A stretch of DNA of 62,177 nucleotides, the filler included, from Pseudomonadota bacterium (GTDB lineage Bacteria > Bdellovibrionota_F > JAHFAK01 > JBDREC01), in assembly GCA_043820105.1 (NCBI GenBank). It is 5 parts of 5 records of this genome, joined end to end, with 100 filler letters (N's around TTAATTAATTAA, not from the genome) between each part and the next. Parts side by side here need not be neighbours in the genome. Positions count along the whole stretch, not along the records: positions 8,116 to 38,879 come from JBDREC010000054.1; 4 more parts are not named here. One strand, given 5' to 3'. How positions within the stretch are numbered: the first letter of the stretch is position 1; every line of letters begins with the position of its first letter. The notes under the pieces were generated by a model. It worked only from the letters and a program-made list of their open reading frames with translations. It was not told where the DNA came from and searched no databases. The translations under genes were made by a program, and so were the position numbers. Below, piece after piece: positions 9,101-19,167 of this stretch.

Positions 9101-10012
9101 CTATTCGAAATTGTCCATTGCAGGGATTGGATTAAAAAGGGTGCCCTGAAGGGTTAGTTTGTAAAATCCTGCTTCTGTTTTTGATGGGAAAAACTGGTCT
9201 AATATCATGCCGAATCTTTTTTCTAAGTCCCCTAAGACCTTAAAATCAATAGTAATATCTATAGGTGATTTGGCTGGAATCTTTGCCAATTTAATATTTC
9301 CAGTGGCATTTCCTGACAAGGAGTCTCCATCTATTTCAAGTTTTTTGATAATAGTCTTTCCTTCATTTATATCTGAGTTTAAGTTAAATTTACTAAATTT
9401 TAAATCTTTAAAGTCTAAGTTTCCCAGGGCTGTCATTATTGATAGTTGATCAAGTGTTAAGTTTTTAGAGTTTAAATTAATAAGGCCAGTTGTTTTAGAT
9501 ACATCTTTGAAAATTGTATCAAATTCAATATTACCATTTAGTTTTCCCCCTAAGTTAATGTCAAAAGATTCTTTTAAAATTAGCAGGTTACTTAATGGAA
9601 CTGCAATTAAAGCTAGATCCAAATATAATGATTCATCGTCAAATTTAATACTACCCTTTATAATTCCAGTGTTGAGTTTTGCGTTAATGGAAAGAGATTT
9701 TTTACCCCAAAGCAGTGGTATGGGATTTAACCAAATGGACAGATCTTGTATTATTACAAGGTCACCTTCAGTTTTTTGCTTTTCTTTTTTTAGTTTAAGG
9801 TCATTTAGTGCAATTCCTGTAAAATAATGAGAATCCAGGGTTTTAATACTTATTATATAAGGTGAATTCTTTGAAACAAGATCTTCAATAATGGGTTTTA
9901 GTTTTTGAAATGGAAATGTAAAATAAATTGATAATGCAAAGATAAAAATTCCCCACATTGAATATAACAAAAAGCTTTTTAAATTAAATTTTTTGATTAT
10001 TTTTCTAGCCAT
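9101..10012 (-). CDS. gspN: Type II secretion system protein GspN
   Basis: YFTFPF after an N-terminal TM helix, C-terminal LQGTLFNP; last gene of the gsp operon. Confidence 0.8.
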   Translation of the reverse strand: MARKIIKKFNLKSFLLYSMWGIFIFALSIYFTFPFQKLKPIIEDLVSKNSPYIISIKTLDSHYFTGIALNDLKLKKEKQKTEGDLVIIQDLSIWLNPIPLLWGKKSLSINAKLNTGIIKGSIKFDDESLYLDLALIAVPLSNLLILKESFDINLGGKLNGNIEFDTIFKDVSKTTGLINLNSKNLTLDQLSIMTALGNLDFKDLKFSKFNLNSDINEGKTIIKKLEIDGDSLSGNATGNIKLAKIPAKSPIDITIDFKVLGDLEKRFGMILDQFFPSKTEAGFYKLTLQGTLFNPIPAMDNFE

Positions 10013-10567
10013 TTATTCTTCCTTTTTCTCAAATGATGAGACATCAAAATTAACTCTTAAATGTAGAGGGCTTTCATATCTTGGTTTAATTGTAACTTTA
10101 CCTATTTTTAATAATAAAGTGTGGGTTTCAATTTTATAAAAGTAATCAACAAGTTCTGCTAAAGTTATTTTTCTAATACTTACTTCCCATTTGTTTTCCT
10201 TAAAATCGTCAAGCGGTGATGTTGATTTTGGAGTAATTGTATCAATCTGGATGCCTAATATGGTTGCCTCTTTATCTAGAAATGTAGAAATAGAATCAGT
10301 GGGGTTTGAAAGCATTTTGCTTGTTTTGTTGAATTTTTTCTTGAGCTCCTGGTAATCATTTTGCATTTCGCCGATTTCTTTTAGTATATTTTCTTTTTTT
10401 AATACTTGTTTATCTATTGTCCCTAGCATTGAGTTTAAAGCATAAATTGCATAAATTATTCCAAGAATAAAAACAAGCACAAGAAAAAAGCCGAGTTTTT
10501 TTCTTTGATTTTCATCAATTTTTTCAAAAATCACATATTTTATATTATCCCAAAAAGGTATTTTCAT
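10013..10567 (-). CDS. gspM: Type II secretion system protein GspM
   Basis: TM helix, coiled coil and ferredoxin-like C-terminus; position after gspL. Confidence 0.8.
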   Translation of the reverse strand: MKIPFWDNIKYVIFEKIDENQRKKLGFFLVLVFILGIIYAIYALNSMLGTIDKQVLKKENILKEIGEMQNDYQELKKKFNKTSKMLSNPTDSISTFLDKEATILGIQIDTITPKSTSPLDDFKENKWEVSIRKITLAELVDYFYKIETHTLLLKIGKVTIKPRYESPLHLRVNFDVSSFEKKEE

Positions 10568-10571
10568 GGAC

Positions 10572-12173
10572 TCATTCTCCCATATATATTGTTATTGAAA
10601 ACCTCATTGATTCATTTCTAAGTCCAGCTTTTACTGACTCCTTTTCAATTCGTGTAAAATGTTCATACTTTTTTAATTCTTCAATAATTTTATCTACTGA
10701 TTGAATTGAATCAGTACTTCCTTCAAGTTTTATTTTATTTTTTTCAATAATTAATTGTGTTACATCAATTTTAATGTCCTTTGATATTCTGGAAGAAATT
10801 TGTTTTAAAATTTCAAGTCTAGTAATCTCAGGAGGTTCAATCTGTGCAAGTTGCAGTTTTAATTCTCCCATTTTAGATTTTAGAACTTTAGATGCTTGTA
10901 AAGGATTCTTTAAGGGTTGATTATACTCAGGCATAATTTTTTTAAATAAAGTTGTTATTTTTGTGTCCAAACGTTTTTCTTGTTGTTTGGAAACAGAATA
11001 GCTTGAATAAAGATTTGCTATTACTAATAAAAAAATAATACCAGCTAAAATACCATATTTAACGACAATATTCTTAATGCCTGCATGATCTTTCAGATAT
11101 GTATATTCAAATTTTCTGAAATTTATCTTTGAAAGTCTATACTGACTGATGCCACTTAAAGCAGACGCTAAAGATTGTGGAATAACACTTCCTTTTCCTT
11201 TTATATCTTCAAGTTTATTGTAGCTACCTTCAAGATATTTTAATGGAGAACACTTTATTCCTGTTGAAATGCTAACATATTGAGGAAGATTGGAGAGTCT
11301 ATATGAACCACCACATAGATATATTTCTTCAACCTTTTTTTGATTTTTCACGGCAAAGGATTTTATTGTTTGTGTAATTTCATTTACAAGTGGATCAATT
11401 GAAGTTTTAATTACCTTACCCAAAAGTTTCATTTCATCAGTTAAATTTGAGGAAGCATCAAGATCCATAAATCCTCGCTTATGTTTTAGCCTTTCAGCCT
11501 CTAAAAAACTTATTTTATATTGATCCTTAATGGCTTCTGTTACATTTTTACCACCAGTCATAATTGTTCTAATAAAAATTGGCTTATTATCATCAATAAA
11601 ACAAATGTTGGTTTTAGAATGTCCTAAATCAAGAATAGCATAGCATTTGTGCTGTGTGGCTAGATTAAGCCTTGAAATATTCGCCAAATTTAATGAATCG
11701 ATTTCAACAAACCTGGGATCTATTCCAATTGCTAAAAGCTTTGATAGAAGTGCTGATATTTCTTCTTTCTTTACAACACCAACAATAAGATTTGATTCTG
11801 TCTGAGTAGATGATATTATTTGGTAGTCATAAATCACATCCTCGATATCAAATGGAATATAATTCTCAATTTCCAGTCCTATTGTCATTTCTATTTTCTT
11901 TTTTTCCTTAAAAGGAAGAGTTATTTGCTTAACAGAAACCTTGGTGCCAGAGATAGTACATATTACTTGCTCTGGATCAATGGCGTAGGATGTAAAAAGC
12001 TTATTTAAGGTATAAGCAATTTTATCAATTTCTTCCTCATTGTCTTTGCCAGGAGATCCTTCTGGATATCTGGTTTCATAAAAACGAATTAAATCAAAAT
12101 TTTTATAGGTATAATTAATCAAAGAAGCTTTGATTGAATATGTACCTATATCTAGGCCGAGTATTTTTTGCAT
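10572..12173 (-). CDS. gspL: Type II secretion system protein GspL (PilM-like actin fold plus PilN-like periplasmic part)
   Basis: LGLDIGTYSIK, ILDLGHSKT and YLCGGS motifs, then a TM helix and PilN-like domain. Confidence 0.85.
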   Translation of the reverse strand: MQKILGLDIGTYSIKASLINYTYKNFDLIRFYETRYPEGSPGKDNEEEIDKIAYTLNKLFTSYAIDPEQVICTISGTKVSVKQITLPFKEKKKIEMTIGLEIENYIPFDIEDVIYDYQIISSTQTESNLIVGVVKKEEISALLSKLLAIGIDPRFVEIDSLNLANISRLNLATQHKCYAILDLGHSKTNICFIDDNKPIFIRTIMTGGKNVTEAIKDQYKISFLEAERLKHKRGFMDLDASSNLTDEMKLLGKVIKTSIDPLVNEITQTIKSFAVKNQKKVEEIYLCGGSYRLSNLPQYVSISTGIKCSPLKYLEGSYNKLEDIKGKGSVIPQSLASALSGISQYRLSKINFRKFEYTYLKDHAGIKNIVVKYGILAGIIFLLVIANLYSSYSVSKQQEKRLDTKITTLFKKIMPEYNQPLKNPLQASKVLKSKMGELKLQLAQIEPPEITRLEILKQISSRISKDIKIDVTQLIIEKNKIKLEGSTDSIQSVDKIIEELKKYEHFTRIEKESVKAGLRNESMRFSITIYMGE

Positions 12174-13433
12174 TTACTCTATCCTCCAGTATAGAATTCT
12201 AATTTCGTCTGAAAAACTTTTACCCCTGTCTATTACAGAAATAATTTTCTTTTCAGATTCCTTAAATAAGCCCTTTGCAATTACTTGAAACTTTGAACTA
12301 ACATTTGTTATGTAGTTTTTTTTGTCTCTGCAAAGAGCACTTAAAAAAAGATCTGCGCAACTAGTGATTTCTTCCCCAAGGCTACCATTTTCTTTGAGTT
12401 TTAAGCGTACTGTGTCCAAAAACTTAGAAGCCTCCAGGTTTTCTTTTGATTCAGAAGTTCTAAGGTCAACAACTTTTTCAGCTAGCTCCATTTTATTAGT
12501 AATGGAATCATTGAAAAAAGTAGCTATAACTTCCTTGGGTGCTACTTTAACATTAATTTTAGCGTCAATTTTTCCTGATGAATCTTCACCATAAACAGTT
12601 AAATATGGAGAAAAGGCTTTATAATACTTATCCTCCATATCAGCGATTAAATTTAGTTCTTCTATTGAATGAAAGGGTCCATTTTTAGGCTTATATGGTT
12701 TTGACAAACGATAATATGGAGCATTTTCATCACCACCAACTCTAGGGTTTTCAGACTCATAATTTTCATCTATCCAGTCTAGAATTTGATAAGCAAGTAC
12801 TTCTCTTTTGTTGGAAGCCTCATCTTTAAAAAGTTCTTTAAAGCTTTCTTGATTAAATAAATTAATTAACAAGTCTATAGTTAGTCTATGCTCGCCAGCC
12901 GCTGGAATTTTTTCATCTTTTAAAGCATTTATATTAATTTTATGGCTTTCATCAATTACTTCAATTTCATATCTGCCATCATCATCTGCATCTTCATCTT
13001 GCGTAGAAGGCTCTTTTTCTTCATTATCTTTTTCATCTTCTTCTGATGAAGAAAATCCAAGTAGTGAGGTAAGTAACTCAACTTGAGGAGGATAGGACAT
13101 TGGCATTACATCCCATAAATGCATGCTTGAAGGATCTATGTTGCCAAGCTGAATACCCCCTAAACCTGAGCCTGATAACATTGATTCCATTTGTGAAGAT
13201 ATTTGCTCTTGTGCTTGCATGTCATATTTTAAAAATATTTTTGCAAAGTTAAATGCAGCCTTTGAAAGGTAGTAAGCTTTAACATCAGACGCGAAATTGC
13301 TGGATATGCGAGAAGATACTCTGCTGGAATAAATCAGATCAAAAATAATAGAAGTCATGAGCATTACAACGATTAATACCATAAGTATTGCTACACCTTT
13401 TTTATAATTTTTTGTTTTAAATCTTATATTCAT
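12174..13433 (-). CDS. gspK: Minor pseudopilin GspK
   Basis: KKG|VAILMVL leader, DESHKININ, ILDWIDEN and KNGPFHSIEEL motifs. Confidence 0.9.
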   Translation of the reverse strand: MNIRFKTKNYKKGVAILMVLIVVMLMTSIIFDLIYSSRVSSRISSNFASDVKAYYLSKAAFNFAKIFLKYDMQAQEQISSQMESMLSGSGLGGIQLGNIDPSSMHLWDVMPMSYPPQVELLTSLLGFSSSEEDEKDNEEKEPSTQDEDADDDGRYEIEVIDESHKININALKDEKIPAAGEHRLTIDLLINLFNQESFKELFKDEASNKREVLAYQILDWIDENYESENPRVGGDENAPYYRLSKPYKPKNGPFHSIEELNLIADMEDKYYKAFSPYLTVYGEDSSGKIDAKINVKVAPKEVIATFFNDSITNKMELAEKVVDLRTSESKENLEASKFLDTVRLKLKENGSLGEEITSCADLFLSALCRDKKNYITNVSSKFQVIAKGLFKESEKKIISVIDRGKSFSDEIRILYWRIE

Positions 13434-13450
13434 CGCATTTCTTTGTTTTT

Positions 13451-13525
13451 AGTCGTAAGTCGTAAGTCGTAAGTCGTAAGTGTCTGTTCAACACTTATCA
13501 CTTACCGCTTACCACTTACCACTTA
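13451..13525. repeat. Opposed heptamer arrays (AGTCGTA)x4 and (CACTTAC)~5
   Basis: Visible tandem units; the two arrays are imperfectly complementary. Confidence 0.9.
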
Positions 13526-14266
13526 TTCCTCTACACAACCTTTCATTTTAATATTATTTCTTATTTTTTTCATAAATTCTAATTCTATTGTAATAATTGT
13601 TTTGTATTCTTCTTCATAATCTGATTTTGGGTCAGCTAAAGTGACAGAAAATTCCACTGCCATTGGTAACCTGTTTAAAAAGTCGGCTTTGCGCGAGTCC
13701 CAATCATCGCGCCATATAGATCTTAAGCCGTCGCAATATCTAATGTTAAACTTCTTGATGTTTTCAGCTAGTACATATTCCATTCCACCGCTTTCAGGGT
13801 CGTCATCAATTACTGTTCCCTCTCTTCTAATAAGGTTATAAAAGCTGGAATTTCCTTTTTCTGAATCTTGTTCAACCTTATATTGAAGTTCAGATTGATC
13901 TGATTCTTTGGAGTTTTTAATAAATCTATAATGAGAAAAAGAATCAAATATTAAAGAATCTGTATCACCTTCATTGCTTCCTATAAAAACAATTTTGCTG
14001 TTTGTTTCATTCTCTTTAATAAAAGTAGAATTGAGTTCATCTGTTAATTTTGAAAATAGTAGTTGTATCGAATGATTCTTGTTATCTTCAGTTGTTATTT
14101 CATCCTTAATTTTTAATGTTTGACTAAGAGAACTGTATAATAAGGTTGAAATTGATGCTAGAATTGCAACTGCAACTAATAACTCGATCAAGGTAAAGCC
14201 TTTGGCTAGCTTGTAGCCTGTAGCTTGTAGCTTGTTGGTTTTATATGTAAGTCTATAAAGCATCAT
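13523..14266 (-). CDS. gspJ: Minor pseudopilin GspJ
   Basis: KG|FTLIELLVAV, WRDDWDS and LPMAVEF motifs. Confidence 0.88.
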   Translation of the reverse strand: MMLYRLTYKTNKLQATGYKLAKGFTLIELLVAVAILASISTLLYSSLSQTLKIKDEITTEDNKNHSIQLLFSKLTDELNSTFIKENETNSKIVFIGSNEGDTDSLIFDSFSHYRFIKNSKESDQSELQYKVEQDSEKGNSSFYNLIRREGTVIDDDPESGGMEYVLAENIKKFNIRYCDGLRSIWRDDWDSRKADFLNRLPMAVEFSVTLADPKSDYEEEYKTIITIELEFMKKIRNNIKMKGCVEE

Positions 14267-14913
14267 TGTGAATCCCCGTCAGATCTGCTTGGTCCACTTG
14301 TGTTTGGCGTGGTCGAAGAGCCTCCACTGCCTGGGTTACTACCACTTGATCCACCGCTTCCACCAGCACTTTTGCTTGCCTCAGGAAGACCTGGGATTGC
14401 CTGGAGGTTTTCATCTAAGTAATGTGTCCAAATAGTATAGTCACCTATGTCTAAGCCACGTTCCCATTTTATTGTTAAAGAAAGTCTTTTAATTGATTTA
14501 GATAAAGTTTCAGCAATAATTTTGGGGTTTAGGCCCGCCATTTGTGCTGCCATTTGAACATTTTCATTTTCGCCTTTGTCACCTCCAGCTACGATTTCTC
14601 CAATTTTACTAAGCTTATTATCTGATTCAAATTTAGCTTCCCATTTAAAATCTGGATATCCTTCTTCTTCAAAATCACCACTTACACTTTCTGGGATTTC
14701 ACCAAAAAACTTGCCTTTATACTCAAGCTCAAGTTTAGACATTTTTAACTTCGCTAAAATCGCGGCTTTGGTAATGCTATCAGAATATCCAAAAAGTTTA
14801 ATGGCTACAGATTGTGAGTTTAAGATTGCAATCATAACAATAGCCATTATTGACATTGCTATCATGACTTCTAATAGGGTAAAACCTCTATGGATACAAT
14901 CTTTTTTAATCAT
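14263..14913 (-). CDS. gspI: Minor pseudopilin GspI
   Basis: RG|FTLLEVMIA, SGDFEEEGYPDFKW; Gly/Ser-rich tail. Confidence 0.85.
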   Translation of the reverse strand: MIKKDCIHRGFTLLEVMIAMSIMAIVMIAILNSQSVAIKLFGYSDSITKAAILAKLKMSKLELEYKGKFFGEIPESVSGDFEEEGYPDFKWEAKFESDNKLSKIGEIVAGGDKGENENVQMAAQMAGLNPKIIAETLSKSIKRLSLTIKWERGLDIGDYTIWTHYLDENLQAIPGLPEASKSAGGSGGSSGSNPGSGGSSTTPNTSGPSRSDGDSQ

Positions 14914-15530
14914 TTTTTATTTTCTCTGTATTCAACATATTCATCATGAATAGTTGTATTTCCAGTAATTGGATTTATCTCCAAGGTATAAATTGATTCG
15001 CCTGGACCTCCAAGATATATAAATGCTTTTTCAGCAAAGCCATTTGGTAAAAATAGTATAAAATCTGAACCTTCTTTTATCTCTGTTTCTGAATGCATAG
15101 TTCTGATTCCAGATATTCTTGCCCCATTGGGCAGAGAATATTTTTTAAGTAAAATACTATCTTCTGGTTCAAATTTTCCGTTAAAGGATATTTTTGATGC
15201 TGCATCTGCATTGTCATCAAAAATATCTTTATTTGCACTATCTGTTTTTTCACTGTTACTATCATCGCTAATATCTTCTTCAACTAAGACTTCAGGAATA
15301 ATTTGATTTTGTTCAATATTAAAAACTAATCTATATTTTTGGTTTTTAATTGTCGCTCTATCATAGGCTAATCTAATCATGCCAGCAATTTTTGAGCATG
15401 ATCTTTTTACATTCGTATCAGAAAATATACCCATTCTAGGAAGTACAAAACCCGCCATTAAACCCATGATTACCATTACAAGCATGATTTCTATAAGTGT
15501 GAAGCCTTTGCTGCTTTTATTAAAATGCAT
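14910..15530 (-). CDS. gspH: Minor pseudopilin GspH
   Basis: KG|FTLIEIMLV, FLPNG and INPITG motifs. Confidence 0.85.
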   Translation of the reverse strand: MHFNKSSKGFTLIEIMLVMVIMGLMAGFVLPRMGIFSDTNVKRSCSKIAGMIRLAYDRATIKNQKYRLVFNIEQNQIIPEVLVEEDISDDSNSEKTDSANKDIFDDNADAASKISFNGKFEPEDSILLKKYSLPNGARISGIRTMHSETEIKEGSDFILFLPNGFAEKAFIYLGGPGESIYTLEINPITGNTTIHDEYVEYRENKK

Positions 15531-15560
15531 AATTAGCCTTAGTTAGCTTGTAGAAGATCA

Positions 15561-16010
15561 TTATTCTTCCATTTCTTCACTTTTCCAGTTTCCAATGTCA
15601 TCTTCAGTTCCGTCCATTGAATCTGGTCCCATTGACCAAAGATCAAAACCTTTTGCATTATTGGTTCCTGGATAAGAATATTGATAAGGATTTCCCCAAG
15701 CGTCATTTGGCACATCATCAACAAAACCACCCTCTGGATAATTTTTACATTTACCAGATGAAGGAGGATTCATGAGAGCATCAATTCCATCTTCTGTGCT
15801 TGGATATCTGCCACATTTTAAGTTATAGATATCCAGATTACCTGCAATTTTACTAACTTGAATTTTCACAGTATCAATTCTTGATGACTTCATAAAGGAT
15901 ACGGTTTTTACTGTAACCAGTGTTGCCAGGAAACCAAGGATTGTAATAACAATCATAATTTCAATTAAGGTCATCGCTTTTTTGTTTCTTAAAGTCTTAA
16001 ATCTTTTCAT
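15561..16010 (-). CDS. gspG: Major pseudopilin GspG
   Basis: A|MTLIEIMIV, GRYPSTEDG, DAWGNPYQY and SMGPD...EDDIGNW motifs. Confidence 0.95.
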   Translation of the reverse strand: MKRFKTLRNKKAMTLIEIMIVITILGFLATLVTVKTVSFMKSSRIDTVKIQVSKIAGNLDIYNLKCGRYPSTEDGIDALMNPPSSGKCKNYPEGGFVDDVPNDAWGNPYQYSYPGTNNAKGFDLWSMGPDSMDGTEDDIGNWKSEEMEE

Positions 16011-16075
16011 TTTTCAATTAACTCCTTTTTGATCAAGCAAGCTATAAAATTTAAGCAAGAAATGTTTGTTTTTTT

Positions 16076-16110
16076 CCACTTACCACTTACCACTTATAGC
16101 TTACCACTTA
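16076..16110. repeat. Heptamer array (CCACTTA)~5 between gspF and gspG
   Basis: Visible tandem units. Confidence 0.85.
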
Positions 16111-16111
16111 T

Positions 16112-17341
16112 TTATTTAACCATTTGCTGCATACTTAAAATTGGCAGTAATACAGCTACAACTACAAACCCAACTGTAAGGCCCATGCCTACAATCATTA
16201 TTGGTTCAAGTAAAGATGTTAAAGTTGTAATTTTTGCGTCTACTTGGTTTTCATATGAAGCAGACACTCTATCTAGCATTTCCTCGAGGTTTCCAACTCT
16301 TTCACCTACTGCTATCATATGTATTAATAGTGGTGGAAAATGTCCTGCTTTTTTTAAAGGTGTTGCTAAGTTGGAACCTTCTTTAATATCAATAGTAGCA
16401 TCCTTAATAACTTCTTTTATTATTTCATTTGAAATAATATTTTTAACAATATTTAAAGCATTTAGAAGTGGAACACCGGAAATTAAAAGAGTGCTTAAGG
16501 TTCCAGCGAACCTTGATATCGCTACGAGTCTAAAGATGGGTCCAAAAATAGGAAGCTTTAATAAAAAAGCGTGATATTTGTATCTTCCTTCTGGCCTGGA
16601 AATGTAACGTTTAAAAAGCCATACTATGGCAGCAATAATTAAAATTACTACATACCACCAATTAACTAAAATATCACTAATTGTTAATAATATTCTTGTT
16701 GGAAGTGGCAGAGCAGTATTTAAATCTTCAAATAAGGCGGTGATTTTTGGAATAACAAATGTAAATAAACCAATAACCATTATTATGGCAATTCCTGCCA
16801 TAATAATTGGATAGGCCATTGTACTTGTAATTTTATTTTTAAGCTTCACTTGATTTTCCAAAAAATCAGCGAGTTTTATAAGGACTTTATCTAAAGCTCC
16901 ACTTGCCTCACCAGCCTTTACCATATTGATAAATAGATTTGAAAATACTTTTGGGTAAAGTTCTAAGGCATTTCCCAGGGAGCTGCCTTCATTAACACTA
17001 TCTTTAATTGCTGATAAGACCCCCTTTAATTTAACACTCTCTGTTTGTTCTACAAGGGCTGAAAGTGCTTCAACCAAAGGTATGTGAGCAGCTACTAATG
17101 TTGAGAGTTGTCTCGTAATGTCAGCCGTTTCCTGTATGGAAATTCTGTTAAAAATAGAGCTAAGCAGTGATCCCCCAGATTGAGAAGATGAGCCTTCAGA
17201 ATTTGATGATTCTTTAACAAATGTTGGAAAAACACCATCTTTTCTTAGTTTTACTTTTGCTGATGCAACTGTATCAGCGTCAACTAGACCCGAAATGTTT
17301 TTGCCTTTTTTGTTTATACCTTTATATTCAAATACTGCCAT
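16112..17341 (-). CDS. gspF: T2SS inner-membrane platform protein GspF
   Basis: MAVFEYKG, AGEASGALD, MAYP and LEPIMIV motifs. Confidence 0.95.
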   Translation of the reverse strand: MAVFEYKGINKKGKNISGLVDADTVASAKVKLRKDGVFPTFVKESSNSEGSSSQSGGSLLSSIFNRISIQETADITRQLSTLVAAHIPLVEALSALVEQTESVKLKGVLSAIKDSVNEGSSLGNALELYPKVFSNLFINMVKAGEASGALDKVLIKLADFLENQVKLKNKITSTMAYPIIMAGIAIIMVIGLFTFVIPKITALFEDLNTALPLPTRILLTISDILVNWWYVVILIIAAIVWLFKRYISRPEGRYKYHAFLLKLPIFGPIFRLVAISRFAGTLSTLLISGVPLLNALNIVKNIISNEIIKEVIKDATIDIKEGSNLATPLKKAGHFPPLLIHMIAVGERVGNLEEMLDRVSASYENQVDAKITTLTSLLEPIMIVGMGLTVGFVVVAVLLPILSMQQMVK

Positions 17342-19167
17342 TATTCTATCACCGTGTCGACTTGTGTAACTTTTAATACTTCTTCAATGGTGGTAAATGC
17401 ATTGGCCACCTTGTCTGCGCCATCTTCTCTAAGGGTATACATCCCTCTATCAAGCGCGGATCGTTTTAATTTTATGGTATCAGTTCCACCTAATATGTGA
17501 GATCTGAGTTCGTCATCTATTGGTAAAAGCTCGTAGATACCCATTCTGCCTTTATATCCTGTGCCACCACATTCTTTGCAGCCAACAGCTTTATATGCGT
17601 AACCTTTTTTCATGTTTTCTTGTTTTAATCCAAGTACTGCGAGTTCTTTGTCAGTGGGATTGTATTTTAGTGCGCAAGCTGGGCAAACTTTTCTAACCAG
17701 TCTTTGAGCTAAAACTCCAACAAGTGAGGATGAAACTAAAAAGGGCTCAATGTCCATATCAGAAAGCCGGGTAACAGCACTAAAGGAATCATTTGTATGC
17801 AAAGTAGAAAAAACAAAGTGACCTGTAAGGGATGCCTGAACTGCAATTTTAGCTGTTTCAGTATCCCTGATTTCACCAATCATTATAACATCTGGATCTT
17901 GTCTTAGTATGGCTCTTAGGCCATTTGCAAAGGTCATGTCTATTTTAGAGTTAACCTGAAGTTGGCCAATTCCTTGAAGTTGATATTCAATTGGATCTTC
18001 AACTGTAATAATGTTTTTTTCAACAGAATATATTTTATTTAAACATGCGTATAGAGTTGTTGTTTTACCACTACCTGTTGGACCAGTAACAAGAAAAATA
18101 CCATGGGGTTTGTAAATGATTTCTAAAATTTTATTATACATTTTTTCCATGAAACCAAGATCTTTTAGGTCGATTAGAACATTCGATTTGTCAAGTAGCC
18201 TCATAACAACCCTTTCCCCATAGGCAGTAGGGAGGGTGTTCATTCTTATATCAATATCTTTTCCTGCAATTTTAAGTTTAATTCTGCCATCCTGTGGTAA
18301 TCTTTTTTCAGCGATGTTTAGATTTGCCATGATTTTAAGTCTGGATGTAATGCTTGATTGTAACCTTTTTGGCGGCCTCATAATATCATGAAGAGCACCA
18401 TCAACCCTGAATCTAACAGCCACATCTTTTTCAAAAGGTTCAACGTGGACATCACTTGCCCCTTCTTTTGCAGCACGATAAAGCAAAGAATTAACAAGTC
18501 TAATTATTGGTGCTTCATCATTTGCATCAAGTAAATCTTCTGGTTCATCAAGATTTATGTTTCCAAGACCATCATCAAGATCATCCATAACACCATCAGT
18601 TGTTGTTGCTTTGTCATAAGATTTATTAATCGCGTCTAATATACTTGTATATTTAGAAATAACGGGTTTTATATTGCTCTCTAGTAGGATCCTAATGTCA
18701 TCAAGAGCGGAAAAGTCAGATGGATCTGATATCGCTACAAGTATTGCATTGTCTTTTTTTTCAATTGGCAAGAGTTTAAATTTTTTAGCAAAACTAATAG
18801 GCACTTTTTTTATTAGCTCTATATCAATTTCACTTACATCAATATTTTTCAAAAATGGAATATTTAACTGATAACTTAATGCCTTATAAAGGTCATCTTC
18901 AGTTATATATTCTTTTTTCATGAGGATTTCGCCAAGTTTTTCTTTTTTCTCGCCTTCTTGGTTTTTTTGTGTTGCTAAAGCATCATTTAATTGGTCTGCT
19001 GTAACAGCCGCCATAACAAGTAAAATATCCCCAATGAAAGAAGAATTTGAAATTTTAAAATCCTCAGATTTTGTAAGGTTTGATAGTTTTTTCTCATCTA
19101 ATGATGATAAATCTTCGAGTAAGTCATCAATTGCTTCATTTATTTGGTTTCTAATTTGTGTTTTCAT
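17341..19167 (-). CDS. gspE: T2SS ATPase GspE
   Basis: GPTGSGKTT, EDPIEY, LRQDPDVIMIGEIRD, STLHTN and CxxC...CxxC motifs. Confidence 0.97.
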   Translation of the reverse strand: MKTQIRNQINEAIDDLLEDLSSLDEKKLSNLTKSEDFKISNSSFIGDILLVMAAVTADQLNDALATQKNQEGEKKEKLGEILMKKEYITEDDLYKALSYQLNIPFLKNIDVSEIDIELIKKVPISFAKKFKLLPIEKKDNAILVAISDPSDFSALDDIRILLESNIKPVISKYTSILDAINKSYDKATTTDGVMDDLDDGLGNINLDEPEDLLDANDEAPIIRLVNSLLYRAAKEGASDVHVEPFEKDVAVRFRVDGALHDIMRPPKRLQSSITSRLKIMANLNIAEKRLPQDGRIKLKIAGKDIDIRMNTLPTAYGERVVMRLLDKSNVLIDLKDLGFMEKMYNKILEIIYKPHGIFLVTGPTGSGKTTTLYACLNKIYSVEKNIITVEDPIEYQLQGIGQLQVNSKIDMTFANGLRAILRQDPDVIMIGEIRDTETAKIAVQASLTGHFVFSTLHTNDSFSAVTRLSDMDIEPFLVSSSLVGVLAQRLVRKVCPACALKYNPTDKELAVLGLKQENMKKGYAYKAVGCKECGGTGYKGRMGIYELLPIDDELRSHILGGTDTIKLKRSALDRGMYTLREDGADKVANAFTTIEEVLKVTQVDTVIE

